Positions 26,400 to 39,282 of a stretch of DNA of 64,000 nucleotides are shown here, piece by piece; within the stretch, counting starts at the first letter, position 1, and every line of letters starts with the position of its first letter. The notes below the pieces were generated by a model, which searched no databases, was not told where the DNA came from, and was given only the letters and a program-made list of their open reading frames with translations. The translations under genes and the position numbers were made by a program. The DNA is from Glaucostegus cemiculus (Eukaryota), in assembly GCA_976551045.1 (NCBI GenBank), contig CDPCPM010000022.1:4464001-4528000 (forward strand). Reading direction: 5' to 3'.

Positions 26400-26773
26400 T
26401 TGGAAACAGCCTATATCAAAGGCTGTTAAACTGGAGTTTAATTCTGCAAGAGTTTGACCTCATGATAATTCACATTAAAGGCAAAGATAATGTAATTGCT
26501 GATTGCCTTTCTCGATATTAAACGAAAGACCTGTATCGTTACTAATCTGATATACTGTTATTATGTAGGATGATAATTATTAACATCACTAACTATATGC
26601 GCGGATAATAATTTTTTTTTGGAAAAAAATTTTGTTTGTGTGGGAGGTGTTACGAAGTACCTTACTATAGGCAAATATTCCTTTAAGATGGGACATTGTG
26701 TGTGTGTGCAACGTATTACGTCAACAGAAGATAAGACTAACGTGATGAGGTTTGGAAACAGCCTATATCAAAG
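26400..26773 (+). mobile_element. Gypsy-type LTR retrotransposon remnant (RNase H end, PPT, LTR start)
   Basis: 26417-26521 encodes QRLLNWSLILQEFDLMIIHIKGKDNVIADCLSRY*; gggagg|TGTTACG at 26642-26654. Confidence 0.8.
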
Positions 26774-28581
26774 TAATATCAAGGCAGGAATATATGCTTG
26801 GAAAAAAAAGTTTTCTCATTTTTTGAAAGCTCATTCTGTATAAAGTATGATTCATGTAATAATTAATGGTTGCCTCTCCCAAATATCAGTTTGATAATTT
26901 GGCTGCATAATTTCTCACTATTGTATTAAAAAGCCTTTACTTTGTTGATTCTATGAGAGCGATAGATTTTGGTACACACAGCTTTTAAAGAATTCAGAAT
27001 GCATCAAATAAAAAGGAAATTTGGACTTTGGAAATCAGGTACTGCACAAGGACCAGGGTAACAACATGCTGCAATAAAGGTGGTGTACTACTGGGTTACT
27101 GTTTTTCCCTAGGCTAAAGATTTGGACAAACATTTTACAATAATAGTTTGTAAGCCTATCAAAAACCAGCAGAATAATGGAAAAATTGGATGGAAACTTC
27201 TTGAAGGAAATGTGGACATCCAGAGCAGTTTGAGCTGATCATCCATAACTGCATTATACTGGTATCTCACTGATAAATCTGACATTCAAACACAGGTCAT
27301 TGATCCAAATCATTTACTCTTTTTCTCTCCACAGTTGCTGACTGATTTGTTGTGTATTCCCAGATTTTCTGCATCTGCAGTATGTTATCTTTGGCAATCT
27401 AGTCCACCTTTGATGGATTGAGGAAGCATATATGAGGCATTAAAGTCCAGTCCAAATGTCAGTCCGAGGCTCTCACTAAATCCTTGAGTTATGTTTTTTA
27501 ATAACTGATTATAGGGTAGTGTTTAGGAACTCCCATTAAAGTGAGATACTCATTGGGGCAATAGATTCCCGAAGGTATCGACTTAGTTTGAGGCACATAA
27601 AGATATTTTGCCAGTTGTCTACAGTTATGTTTGCAAATACTGGGGTATAGCTGCATGTATGAATACAAACAACCAATGACTTAACATAACTTCTTTATAA
27701 TGGCCATCAGATCCCAAACAACAGCAACTACAGTCGTTGATTCATTCTTATCCCCACTGTATCTTGGCAGGGGTTTGTGAATCTGCTATTGCTCCCAAAC
27801 TCCCCCAGTTCAGTTCATGTAACTTAGTGCAAACCAGGAATCAAACTTACCTAAGGATCTTTTTTTTTTTAGCTTTGTTCTAAATGTGCCTTAAGACATA
27901 TAATTCTATAGTTCTTTATTGTTTAAAGTCATGTTTACTGTGCACTCAACCCAACTCTGCTTGATTCTAGACATTTCAACATAGAAACAGAGGGACAAAG
28001 AGTACTTGGTACATACTGTACATTACTACTTTCAGCAATGTGGCATTACTGAGTGTATGAATTTTCTGTTTAGGGTTGTTATCATCAGCTGTGGCTTTGT
28101 CATTTAAATAAATAATGGCCTAAAGCCAAGTCCATACCAAATGCAGGGGAAGACTGTGCAGGTTATTTAAGGAAAACAGAAACTTGTATGTGAAATTTTC
28201 AGAAGATTAGTTTGGTGCATAACGATGTGTTTCCACATTCCAAATATGAAGCTGACTGGAAAACCAAGTTACTTGCTTTCTCATTACTATTTTTAATTGC
28301 CGCCTTTGCAAATAATACCTTCAGAAGGTAGCTTTCGCCTATTTTTAACATTTTGACATTTGGGTTAGTGCAGTGGATACTGACTGTGAGGACGGACTTT
28401 TGCTGTTACAGACAAAGCATACATCTTGGTAAAGGATTATTATTTAATGCATTTTAATATTAACAAAACACCAATTAAATATTTCCTGATGCTTTATGTG
28501 GACAAGAATAAAACAAAGTGAGCAGAAAGAACCTGTTTTTTCCCCCAAATGTTCCCATTCCTTTTATGATTTTGGAATAAG

Positions 28582-28679
28582 ATCCACTGGAGGTAAAACA
28601 GTTCAAATGTAATAGAACATAGATCTACGTTCTATCTGTGTTCTATTACACTTGAACTGTCTCACCTCCAAAAGTGGAT
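28582..28679. repeat. Long inverted repeat (37-bp arms, 9-nt loop)
   Basis: 28588-28624 vs 28634-28670, 33/37 complementary, extended by atccac/gtggat. Confidence 0.9.
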
Positions 28680-28719
28680 AAGTGGAAATTTCCTCCAACT
28701 AATTATTGGGAAATCTGAA

Positions 28720-29120
28720 ATTGATGTCTTTAGCCCCTCAGAATCCATTATCCAGCCTTTGTTTTTATCTCCCCCTCTGACTGAATCACCTGTTCAGTAT
28801 GTCAACATCCAATTTAGCTTGCATTCCTTGATCTACTCTCACACCTGCCAATTTCCATCTTTATAATATTGCCTAACTCTGCCTGTGCCTGAACCCATCG
28901 GCTGATCACTTTTACCCTCGTTCTTACTACTTCCCTATCCAACTATTCCAATGGTTTTCTGGACAGCTTCCCACCTTCCAACATAAACAAGGTCATCCAA
29001 AGTTCCACTCTCTACTTATTGAGTTGGAGTTGGACCAATTTGCACCAAACTCCTTGCTCCACCTTTTTGGCTCCTGATCCAGCAATGCCTCATATTTAAA
29101 ATTCTCTTCCTTGGTGGTCA
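28720..29120 (+). mobile_element. Old L2-like LINE fragment
   Basis: Degenerate YSNGFL..P..NKVIQ resembling the L2 RLDYCNSLL..LP..LQ.IQN region. Confidence 0.55.
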
Positions 29121-29539
29121 AGTCACACAACTTGCAAAGGGAACATCATCTGCCCATTATCAAATACCTAAGGTACTAAATGTGCACTTACAGTCATTTC
29201 AATAATAGCATGTACAGAGCACCACCTTCCTTCCTGGACATATCAGACAAGACCATTTTTAACTACCTGCAGTTCGACTGCAACCTAACTTACCAACATA
29301 ACAATTGGGACATCTTTCAAGGTCACTGCTCTGTCAGGTGTATAAAATGATGTTTTACTTGAGAAATTGCTTCCTAGGGAGAAAACAGCTCCAAATGAAT
29401 TCCAAACCTTTACTTCCAGCAAGCCTTTGAAGAGGTTGGGAAAACTACATGGCCATCAGGGTTCTGCTTGGGAGCACAATGCAGGAATGGACAGAAAGCA
29501 GCTAACTCTATCATTGAGGAGGTTAAAGCTCTTGTGATC

Positions 29540-30115
29540 CTAGCCAGTACATAAAATGTATTATCAGGGAGGTTATGGTACATCTTTGTAACATATTGGT
29601 AAGGCTACAGGTGTAGTATTTTGTGCAATTCTGGTCACCACACTATAGGAAGAATATGATTACACTGGATAAGGTGCAGATTCAACAGGATGTTGCCTGG
29701 AATAGAGCATTTCATTTGTGAGAAGGCACTGATAAACTATGTTTTTTATATCTTGGACTGAAGGAGGCTGAGGGAAGACCTGATAATTGGAGCATAGATA
29801 GGGTAAATAATGAGAAGGTTCCCCTTAGTAGAGATGTCTAAGAGTAGGGGGCATAATCTTAGTATAAGAGGTAAAAAAAAATGAGGAAGAGTTTTTTCTT
29901 GCAGGGGTGGCTACAACCTGGAATTCACTGCCTGATTGGCTGATGGAGGCAGAGACTTACAACATATAAGACGTATCCAGATGAGCACTTGAATCTGCAA
30001 GGCACAGAAGGCTACGGACTAAGTTCTGGTAAATAGGATTCATGTAGATGGGTGCTTGGTAGTCAGCATGGAGATGATGGGCTGAAGGGCCTGTTTTTAT
30101 GCTGTGTGACTTCAT
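29540..30115 (+). mobile_element. CR1 3' fragment
   Basis: gtagtattttgtgcaattctggtcacc...gggctgaagggcctg..tgctgt CR1 3' end. Confidence 0.85.
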
Positions 30116-32439
30116 GGCTACCAGATATCTAGAAGGTGTATACACTTCAGCAAGATCAAGCATTGCTGCAGTGATATTAAGTAAAACATGAATGTGCCAC
30201 CAATTTCATACTAAGATTTATATATTTCAATATATAAGTCCATGGCTTCAATAGATGAAAAGTAGTAAAAAAGCTGCCTATTTATATTCAATGCAAAGAT
30301 CATGTATTTGTTGCATTTGGGCAGACTAGATGCATCTTTATCAACCTTCAGTGGCTTGGGAAGACTTAGAAGACTACAAGGCAGGGCTTATTAGCCAGGG
30401 TCACATTGTGAAAGCAAGCTACCTCTGCCAACTATGGATTTTTGATAATTATCATCTCTGCTTCTCTGTTGAGTATTTACAGTGCTTTCTGCTTTTATTA
30501 CAGATTTTGATAAAATAGGACACTATCCATTATAACAACTCTGCAATTTGAAGAGTGTGGTCAGCTTGGTCATAGTCTCCCTTTATATAGCAGATTAGTA
30601 CTTTACTGACTCCAGGAAGATCATTTTACTTTTTTTGTTCTACTCTCTTTGTCCATGGAAATAAAATATTTTCAACAGATATTTGGAACTTCAATGCACA
30701 TGTACTTTGAAGCAACTACACTCCTGCATCACATTGTTGTGTAAAGTACATTAACAACTAGAAAGTTATTATTACTATTCCAAGATTAAAATACCAAAAG
30801 CAGAAATTGAAAGGGCACAAGCAGAATATTATGTCAATAGCAATATTTGGAGTCTTCCTCAAACCCAATGAAGATTTGATGCTCAAAGTGCCTTCAGGTC
30901 TACAATTGTACTCGACCTGATCATAATATATTGTTCTTTAGCAAAAGAAATTAAAATAAAACTGATGACAGGGAGAGGTTCTGTTAAGGTGTCACAAAAT
31001 GAATTAATGTTCTATCAACGACAAATGACTAATGTTGCTTGATCTGAATAAAGTAATGGATATATTTACAGGAACAGGCCCTTCAGCCCACAATGTTGTG
31101 CTGAACCAATTAAGCTAATGATGGCTAATTAAGCTGTTTTATCTAAATATTTGTTTTGCATGATCAGACCTGCCAACTTCAAATAATAATGAGTATGAAA
31201 AATAGCAATATTTTCATTCCATTACCCTAGTTTCCCACAGTCTCTATGCTCCTGGTTGCTCTCAGTCTCTGCTTCTACTGACTTCAGTTTCTCATTTCTC
31301 TGTTATTTAATTACACATCACTTTCACTCCATGTACCCATGATTTTCATTGAAGAACAAATTAAAACAGAAAATTCCTACAGTATTTCGTGCACACAGTA
31401 TGGACAGTAGGGTTATCCTTCCAGGTCTTTGGAAATGGCCCTTCATTAACTTACTTTTTTTTTGGAGCTGATCATACCATATACATGGAGTTGAAAGTAC
31501 TGCACACGAAAAGATTAGAATGGCATAGTGTAGAGTGAGGCCTGCCAATTTTATGTAGAATTGCTGAGAAAAGGTTTCCTTGCTAATATGATGTGGAATG
31601 CCAGTTGGTGCCAGATTTTGATTGTAGTGGTGGTTCAGAATGGAAAGCCAGAACAGAGTACCCCTGAGAGACAAAGAGACATTGTATTATCAGAAGTGGG
31701 CATTCAAAGAGAGGATTGCATTGACTGAGCTCCATTCTTTTCCCTTTATCCTGTAACATCAAAGACTTCAGGACCCTTGATGAGAATTCCACAATCACCA
31801 AAAATTGCTCAGGAGAGGATGGGCCTTTTAACTAATGCTGTAGCAAGACTTTACCCTCCTCTAAAGGCCTGGTCATCCATTGAAATCCCAATGCATTTTT
31901 TGAATTTTGGATGCATATTAGAAGCTGTTAGTCAAATATGATGCATGCTGAATTACTTAATAGGTGTGCTCCCGATGACCTTCATGTGGAAGCACACCAC
32001 ACACAGAAAGGCTTCAGCAGAATTTAATGTGGTGTGCCTGGCATGAACATAAGTGTCGATTGCTTTTAGTAATTCATCTTCTGCTGATAAACTATTGCAC
32101 TGCTTTATTAGCCCCTCAGGATATACATCTAATCCTTAAATTACATTTGGATTTGAAACTGTGATCTGTGGAGAATTTTTTTTTTCTGGTTGAACAGGTA
32201 CCTTTATTTTCTTTAGCAGTACTGCTAGGAGAGTCTTTTTGGAGAAATTCTGCACTTAAAGCACTAATTTGATGTTGTGTCGGGCTGAGACCTGATGCCC
32301 CTGTGCCCCTATTTATTACAGTGATATATGGACCATTGAGGCTCTGTCAACAATTTATTCTTTGCATTGTCACAATCCTGCTGTGTGAAGGGCCAGCCCC
32401 ATTCAACTGAACCAGCCAGATGCAACAAAGCCCATGTTA

Positions 32440-32460
32440 ATGAGGGAGGCGTGGCCAAAA
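32440..32460 (+). promoter_or_regulatory. Possible GC-box (Sp/KLF) upstream of the ATP13A-like start
   Basis: GGGAGGCGTGGC about 130 nt upstream of the ATG; motif match only. Confidence 0.3.
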
Positions 32461-32580
32461 TGTAGCTCCTTCAATAAATTAATTCCGATGCATTCAGATT
32501 CCGCAAATACTTATTTGAGGTCTTCTTGATGCCAGACAGAAAGCAAGTCGATATATGTAACAAGACTGTATTTACTTCTA

Positions 32581-32643
32581 ATGGAAGAAGCTATTCAGAA
32601 AGGCAACCATGCTTTGCTTAATCCAGGAGAGGAGGGTGAACTG
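32581..32643 (+). CDS. ATP13A4/ATP13A5-like P5B ATPase, coding exon 1
   Basis: MEEAIQKGNHALLNPGEEGEL then gtaggt; resembles ATP13A4/5 N-terminus (ALLNxGEE). Confidence 0.9.
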
Positions 32644-33264
32644 GTAGGTATCTTTTTTTTGGAATGCTTCATTTGAAAAAGTTTGGAGTTTAATACTGAG
32701 GAATATATACTGATTATGTGCTGTTAATAAGTGTTAAGATTGTTCCATGATAGAGAAATCTTGCTGTGAATATGTATACTGTATATAATCCTCTTAAAGG
32801 TTGCTGTGGAAACTGAAATATTTTGTTTAGGACTTGATTCTAAAGCTGTAAAAGCTTTTTATGTCACCTGGGGTGAAGGATAAATAAAAAAGTTGACCTT
32901 CTAAATTTGAGAGAACAGAAGAAACTTTGAGCTGTGTTGCATAAGCAGAATTTACACCTAAGATGTCATTTTCATGATCTGCTAATAGTTATCCTTGCTG
33001 GACATAGACATAAAAATGATAGGCACAGAAAATAAAAAGGAATAAGATTACAAATGACCATAAAAATGTGGAATCAATTGATTCATTGTGTTCAGTGTTA
33101 GTGAACCATACAGAACAGGGAGTTCTCAGTCCAGTAGGTCTGCACTGTTTATTGACATAAGTCAGAGAGCAGCCGATGCTAGAAGTTGTCACAGCATGCC
33201 TATTGTTGAGGAATAAAGATTACGGGTGCATTTTTCAACAGCTGTGTAGATAGCCTGTTGAAAG

Positions 33265-33700
33265 GAGACACAAGAGACTGCAGATACTGGAATCTGGATC
33301 AAAAAATAAACTGCTAGAGGAACTCAGGCAGCATCTGTGAAGAGAAGTGGACGTTTCAGGTTGAGACCTTTCATCTGTAGAGGGGAAATAGTCAGTGAAA
33401 AGGGGTGTAAAGATAGTCAGTATAAAGAAGGGTGGAACAAGGGATGGGTGGATCCAGCTGAGTGATTGGCAGATGAAGAGTGGAAATAGTAACAGAGGCT
33501 GGGGACGTGACAGATGGAGGCAGCAAAGAGCTGCAGATGATGGAATCTGACAGGAAAGGAAGGTGGAGTATGAAATCCTCGAGGGACAGGATGGCAGAGA
33601 AGGCAAGTACCAAGAATGGACACGTGGCTGTGGTACTGAGTCTGAGTGAGAAGTTGGTCACAGAGCAGGAGAGCAGTAGAAGTCACAGAAGGGGAGCAGT
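33265..33700 (-). mobile_element. Penelope-like element terminal repeat
   Basis: Reverse complement of the 61200-61620 segment that follows GIY-YIG coding remnants. Confidence 0.78.
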
Positions 33701-33782
33701 GAAAGAGGGTCTCACAGAACCCCCATCAAATAGAGGAGGAAACTTTCATAGTGGGCATACCTTGAAGAGTAATTGTAACATG

Positions 33783-34215
33783 GAGTCTGCAGATGCTGAT
33801 ATCTGGAGCAAACAAAAAGCGAACTGCAGGAGGAACTCAGCAGGTCAGGCAGCATCTGTGGAGGGGAATGGACACTTGACATTTTGTGTCAAGCCTCTTC
33901 ATCTAGATTGAAAGAGTAGAGGGGAGGTAGCTGGTATACAGCAGCCCATTGCTGCCTCCACCTATCATCTCCCAGCCTCTCTCACTATTTTCACCCTTCC
34001 CTAATTCATCTGCAATTAGCTCCACCTCAAGTGGATCCACCTATTGTTTGCCAGGTAGCATTCCACCCCTCCCCCTCATCTCTTTAGATTGGCTATCTTC
34101 CCTCTATCTTTCAGTCCAGTTAAGGGGTCTTGACCCAAAACGGCAACTGTCCATTTCCCTCCAAAGTTGCTGCCTGACCTGCTGAGTTCCTCCAGCAGTC
34201 TGTTCTTTGCAGCCT
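33783..34215. mobile_element. Penelope-like terminal repeats in inverted arrangement
   Basis: ggaggaactcagcaggtcaggcagca (33829-33853) and its reverse complement (~34168-34193). Confidence 0.78.
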
Positions 34216-34800
34216 CTTGAAAGGTTCATGTTGTAGTTCATGGAATGGGCAGGATTGGCCTCCATGACATACATTGCCAGACACCTATCAACAGTCACAT
34301 AGCTTACAGATATAAATAGTCCAGGACTATATACAAGGAAGAGTCTCAGGGTAAGATATTATTTAGACACCAGAATCAGTGGGAAGACTTGTTACCTTCA
34401 TGAAGTGAAAGTAGACAACTGACAATGAAATGTAATTAGAGAGAAGAAAGATTATGCAGACATTAAAAATATATTACTCCAAAGCATTCCACAAACATCA
34501 GAAGTATTCATTTGTGAATCCATGCCTAAGTATGAGGACTTCAGTAGAATTTAACATGTGTACAGTATTAACAGCAGTGCCAATTGCCTTTAATGATTGA
34601 TTTTCCATTCCTGAATTGTTGCAAAGCACATAAAAACCTTGTACCATAGGCAGTATCCCTCAGAATATCAATCCAACCCTCAAATGTTTAAATTAGACTT
34701 TGAAATTACATTAGTGAGCAGTGGAGCAGTGTTGCATTTCAAGCACTAACCTGATGTTTATGTCAGGAATACAACTGTAACTCTCAGATTCCTTACTTCC

Positions 34801-35182
34801 ATCAGAATCAGGATCAGAATCAGAATCAGTTTTATTGTCACAACCATATACATACATAGTATGCATAGGAGCGAGATACCGTCCTCCTCAGGTGCTCGTC
34901 CCATTAAATAACAACCAACAGAGACACACAGGCACACTTAACAAAATAAACATTAAAAAACATTAAACATTAAAAACTACAGAAGTTAAAATTAAATTAA
35001 TACGCAGGTTAAATTAAAAACGGCCGGTAAATAAATAAATAGTTATTATAGTGAACGGGCTGGTGGCGGGCATTTAAAGTGCTGGTGCATTTCTGTGCAC
35101 CTAGCATCCCTTAGTGTTAACAAGGAAGATGGAGGGATGAGAGAGTTCGCAGTTCTGATGGCTTGCGGAAAGAAGCTATTGT
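34801..35182 (-). mobile_element. Rex1-type LINE 3' fragment, same family as 21941-23040
   Basis: (CAGAAT)n tail and near identity to the reverse complement of 22708-23038. Confidence 0.92.
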
Positions 35183-36649
35183 TTATTATTATTTATTATT
35201 ATTATTTGTTATAATTTGTTTATTATTATTAGTAAATCTTCTGGCTTTTTAGTGACAATTCTGTAGTTTTAGGGTCACGTCTACTGACACTAACTATTTA
35301 TCAACTTTGTTTAAGGAACTGTAATGAATTCTCTTCCAAGTCATACAGCATATTGATCAGGAAATAAGTCACAATTTTGTCATCATCTTTGGGCCTAAAG
35401 TCAGATATTACTTGCCCAACAACACTGGGCACATTCACCAGGATTACAACAGTTCAAGGCAGCAAAAGAGAGTGGTAGAGACTAGCTCATTATAAGTATT
35501 TAAAGTGGAGGCAGATAAATTTTTGAAAGCTGGGGTGGTGAGGGCTAGAATAGAGAGAGTTAAGGCCTGGGGTAGATCAGCCATGATCATACTGAATGGC
35601 AGAGTAGGCTTGAAGGGCTGAGGGACCTACACCTGCTCCTTCATTCTCATGTTCTTAGTTCACCTGCACTTTCTCAAGGGCAGATGGGGATGGCCTTGAC
35701 AATATAAAATGCAAAAACAAATTTTGGGATTTTAAACTCATATTTCCAGACTTTTAGTTCAGGCTTTTGAATTACTAGTCACTTCTTGCCACGGTTTTTA
35801 ATTAAATGTTCATCTCTTCTACATTGATGCATGTTTTTAATGAGGTTTTTAATCTATTTAAAATTTTGACAGCAAGATCTTCTATTATAAAAGACTGTAA
35901 TGCAACTGAATAGACTGAAAACACGTCTATAGACACTTGGGTGTTGCCTCGAGGTTATAAGCAAGAATGGTAATGATTGAATTCTGCCAGCCAGGTGCAG
36001 CCCATTCTGAGGCTGTTTTTTTCCAGAAGTTATTTTCATGATGAGCAAAATTACCGTCTGAATTAAAAAATGTGTGCAAATTTGGGGTATTTCAGCATTG
36101 ATACATTAATTAACAACTCATATTTCAAGACATAATATAGAATCTGATGTGTATATGTGATGTGTATATGCATAAAGCATTCCAGTGCTACTAAATAAAA
36201 TTCAACTTATTCTGCAGTAGAACAAAATTACAGTAATTTCCAGTTAATCGCACTATTCTTAAAATGTTGCAAATTGCACTTGCACTGATGACACGCTTTC
36301 AATGTCAGACCTATATTATTCCATGTTGTTTCGTGGCAGGCCTACTGTTGGACGCTCTCAGAATAATCAGAATTTAATTATGCTGCTATCTCTGTAGCAG
36401 CATGCTATAATGGGGGCCGACATTGGCAAAATCCAGCCTTGTGCTGGGAACCTGACTTGGGCAGGACCTCTTCAATTAGTTATCTAGTATCCTATGGGCT
36501 TATTTCCAAAACTGCCCATGACAGAAACAAATAACTCATTGTCTCCACCATTCAGTTATCTATTCACCTCCCCCCCTAGCCAATCTTTCAATGACCTCTA
36601 CTTATCAATCTGTTTGCCCCCCATTCCAAGACCATTCTCAACAAACTTC

Positions 36650-36960
36650 CCTGCCACTGGCTCAGAGCTTTGGTCCTGATAACTCCCTCACACCCTGAGC
36701 CATGGGCTTGAGCTTTCTTCCAGACCCTGAATTACAGCTCATTTCCAAAGCTCCATGCCACAAGCTCAATCATTCCATCAGGCTCTGAACCAAGATTGAT
36801 TATTTCCCCATCCAGACTACTACCTAACTGATTTCATGGCCCTAATCACTCCACCAGATCCTAAACCACAGCCTGATCTCTCCTTCAGGTCCTAACCATA
36901 TTCCCAAATACTGACCCCATCTCTGTCACCATTCCCAGTCTTCAACCTGAGCTCTCCCTT
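36650..36960 (+). repeat. Degenerate C-rich minisatellite-like tract (~30-nt unit)
   Basis: Recurring ccaga(c)cctgaacca..gcctga..ttcc-like units. Confidence 0.4.
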
Positions 36961-37911
36961 CCCATCATATCCCACACCCAGCCCCACTGCTACAGGTAGC
37001 TACACTCTTTAATTGCATGCTTTGTATTGATGCAATATGCAAAGCAAAGTGTGTAAGGATTCTATGCCTCATGCCCTAGACACCATTGAATTTTTCAGGC
37101 AGTGAGCTCATGACTGAATTGATCATAGGAATGGATGGGAAATGATAGATTCATGCATTCCCTTAAGTGTTGATGAGCTTTAAACCAGTGTGCATAAGGT
37201 ATAGTTAATCTGACAGGATCTATAGTATAATAATTTGTGTGGGTTCAGATCATGTGGGCTGCAATTTTATGCCCTTCTAAATCAATATGTTCCTTACTTT
37301 CCAAAAAGTTTAGTGTCTTCACTGCACCTATTAACGTTTAATATAAATCTGAATCATAATCTAATCACATTTGGTAATGATAACACAGCTATGTTTATAT
37401 AATAATGTGTGAAAATCCTTTCAACTGCTAAGTATCACACAAGCTGTATTTACTATTAAGCTGCATGCTTACCAGTTTACATCTAATTGCTGAATATTTG
37501 AAATTGTGTGAAGGAAGGACTTTCACAATATTTGTGTACATCATTTGAGATCAACGTTTATGCATTTTCATTTCGATCCCTTAAACTTCAAGTGAGGATT
37601 ATTTATCTGAACAGATCATCCAAAGAGCAAAACCTTATTTTTCCTCCATTTTAGGCAGGTTTTTCCATAAATAAACATCACTAAAATGGATTTATGGTGT
37701 GTTACTCTATGTAGAATGAACACTGATTTTGTCTACCAGGACAAACCATGCTATTCAATTTGTGTCAGTGAAGAAGTTTATAATGTCTCTGAGAGGACCT
37801 ATATCATGCTAGTCCTTTTTACTTTAATATAATTTCCCCAAGAGGAGTAAATTCTGTCATATGCACAATTATAAATAAGAAATTGTAGTATTACTGTGTC
37901 CTTCAAATAAC

Positions 37912-38712
37912 ATTGAACATAGAACAGTACAGCACAGTACAGGCCTTTAGGCCCACAAGGTTGTGCTGATGTGCTTAAACCTTATCTCCATTCAATCCAT
38001 CCCCCTCTCTACTTCACCTCCCATACCCTCTATTTTTCTTTCATCCATGTGCCTATCTACTAGTCCCTTAAGTGACCCTATCATATCAACCCCCACCACC
38101 ACCCCCGGCAGTGCATTCCAGGCACCCACCACCCTCTGTGTAAAAAACCTACCTCTGACTTCTCCCCTGAACTTTCCTCCATGCATCTAAAATGGATGAC
38201 CTCTACTATGGCCATCGCCACTCTGGGGAAAAGATGCTGGCTACCCACTCTGCCTATGCCTCTTATAATCTTATATACCTCTATCAAGTCTCTTCTCATC
38301 CTTCATCACTCCAAAGAAGAAAGCCTTAACTCACTCAACCTCTGCTCATAAGACGTGTTCTCCAACCCGGGTAGCATCCTTGTACGCCTCCTCTGCACCC
38401 TCTACAACGCTTCCAAATCCTTCCTATAATATGGTGACCAGAACTGAACACAGTATTCCAAGTGTGGTCTAACCAGAGTCTTATATAGCTGCAACATTAC
38501 CTCTTAGCTCTTGAACTCAATCCCCTGGCTAATGAAGGCCAGCACACCATGTGCCTTCTTAACTGCCCTATCCACCTGTGGGGCAACTTTGAGGGATCTA
38601 TGTACTTGGACCCCAAGTTTTCTCTGTACTTCCACACTGCTAAGAATCCTGCCAGTAACCATGTACTCTGCCTTCAAGTTCATTCTTCCAAAGTGTATCA
38701 CTTTACACTTCT
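37912..38712 (-). mobile_element. CR1 LINE 3' fragment
   Basis: Minus ORFs IHFGR..LGVQVHRSLKV, RRDLIEVYKII, FFTQRVVGAWNALP; gaacatagaaca tail. Confidence 0.92.
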
Positions 38713-39027
38713 CTGTTGTCTGTAGAATCTGTAAATTTTCTTTGGTGGTAGCAGTTAGGTTTTGGTTGATCTGAAGCTGTTACTTATGTTACTTTAACTA
38801 GTAATTAATTTTTTTTTTAAAGAGATAACCATCTTCAGTGGCAGAAGAACATGTCATAGGTTACATGAATGACATGGATTCTGTAACCATTCCATCATTA
38901 TAAATCAGCAAGACATACAATTTACTGTAACTACTAAGTCAATAGGTACATTAATGTGTATTAGAATGTCATATCCTGTTCTTATACTAACAGTTTAATG
39001 GACTATTGCACTTCCCATTCTGTAAAG

Positions 39028-39201
39028 GAAATATTTGGTTATAAGACCTGCTGCTGCCGCAAAGCTCTGTGTATAATGGGAAGTATCTTGTCCTGTGGAT
39101 TTCTGCTGCTTCTGTTTTACTGGAGGCCTGAGTGGAATGTCTGGGCTAAATGTGTTCGGTGCACTCTCCAAGAAGCTGACATTGTCCTTCTAAGAACTAC
39201 A
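39028..39201 (+). CDS. ATP13A4/5-like exon 2
   Basis: 174 nt AG/GT, EIFGYKT...LLLFYWRPEWNVWAKCVRCTLQEADIVLLRTT. Confidence 0.95.
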
Positions 39202-39282
39202 GTAAGTCTTATCCCTATTTTAATTAAGTAGTATTTAATTTAAAAATCTTAGTCTAAAAATTGCTCCACGCTTTTTATAGGT

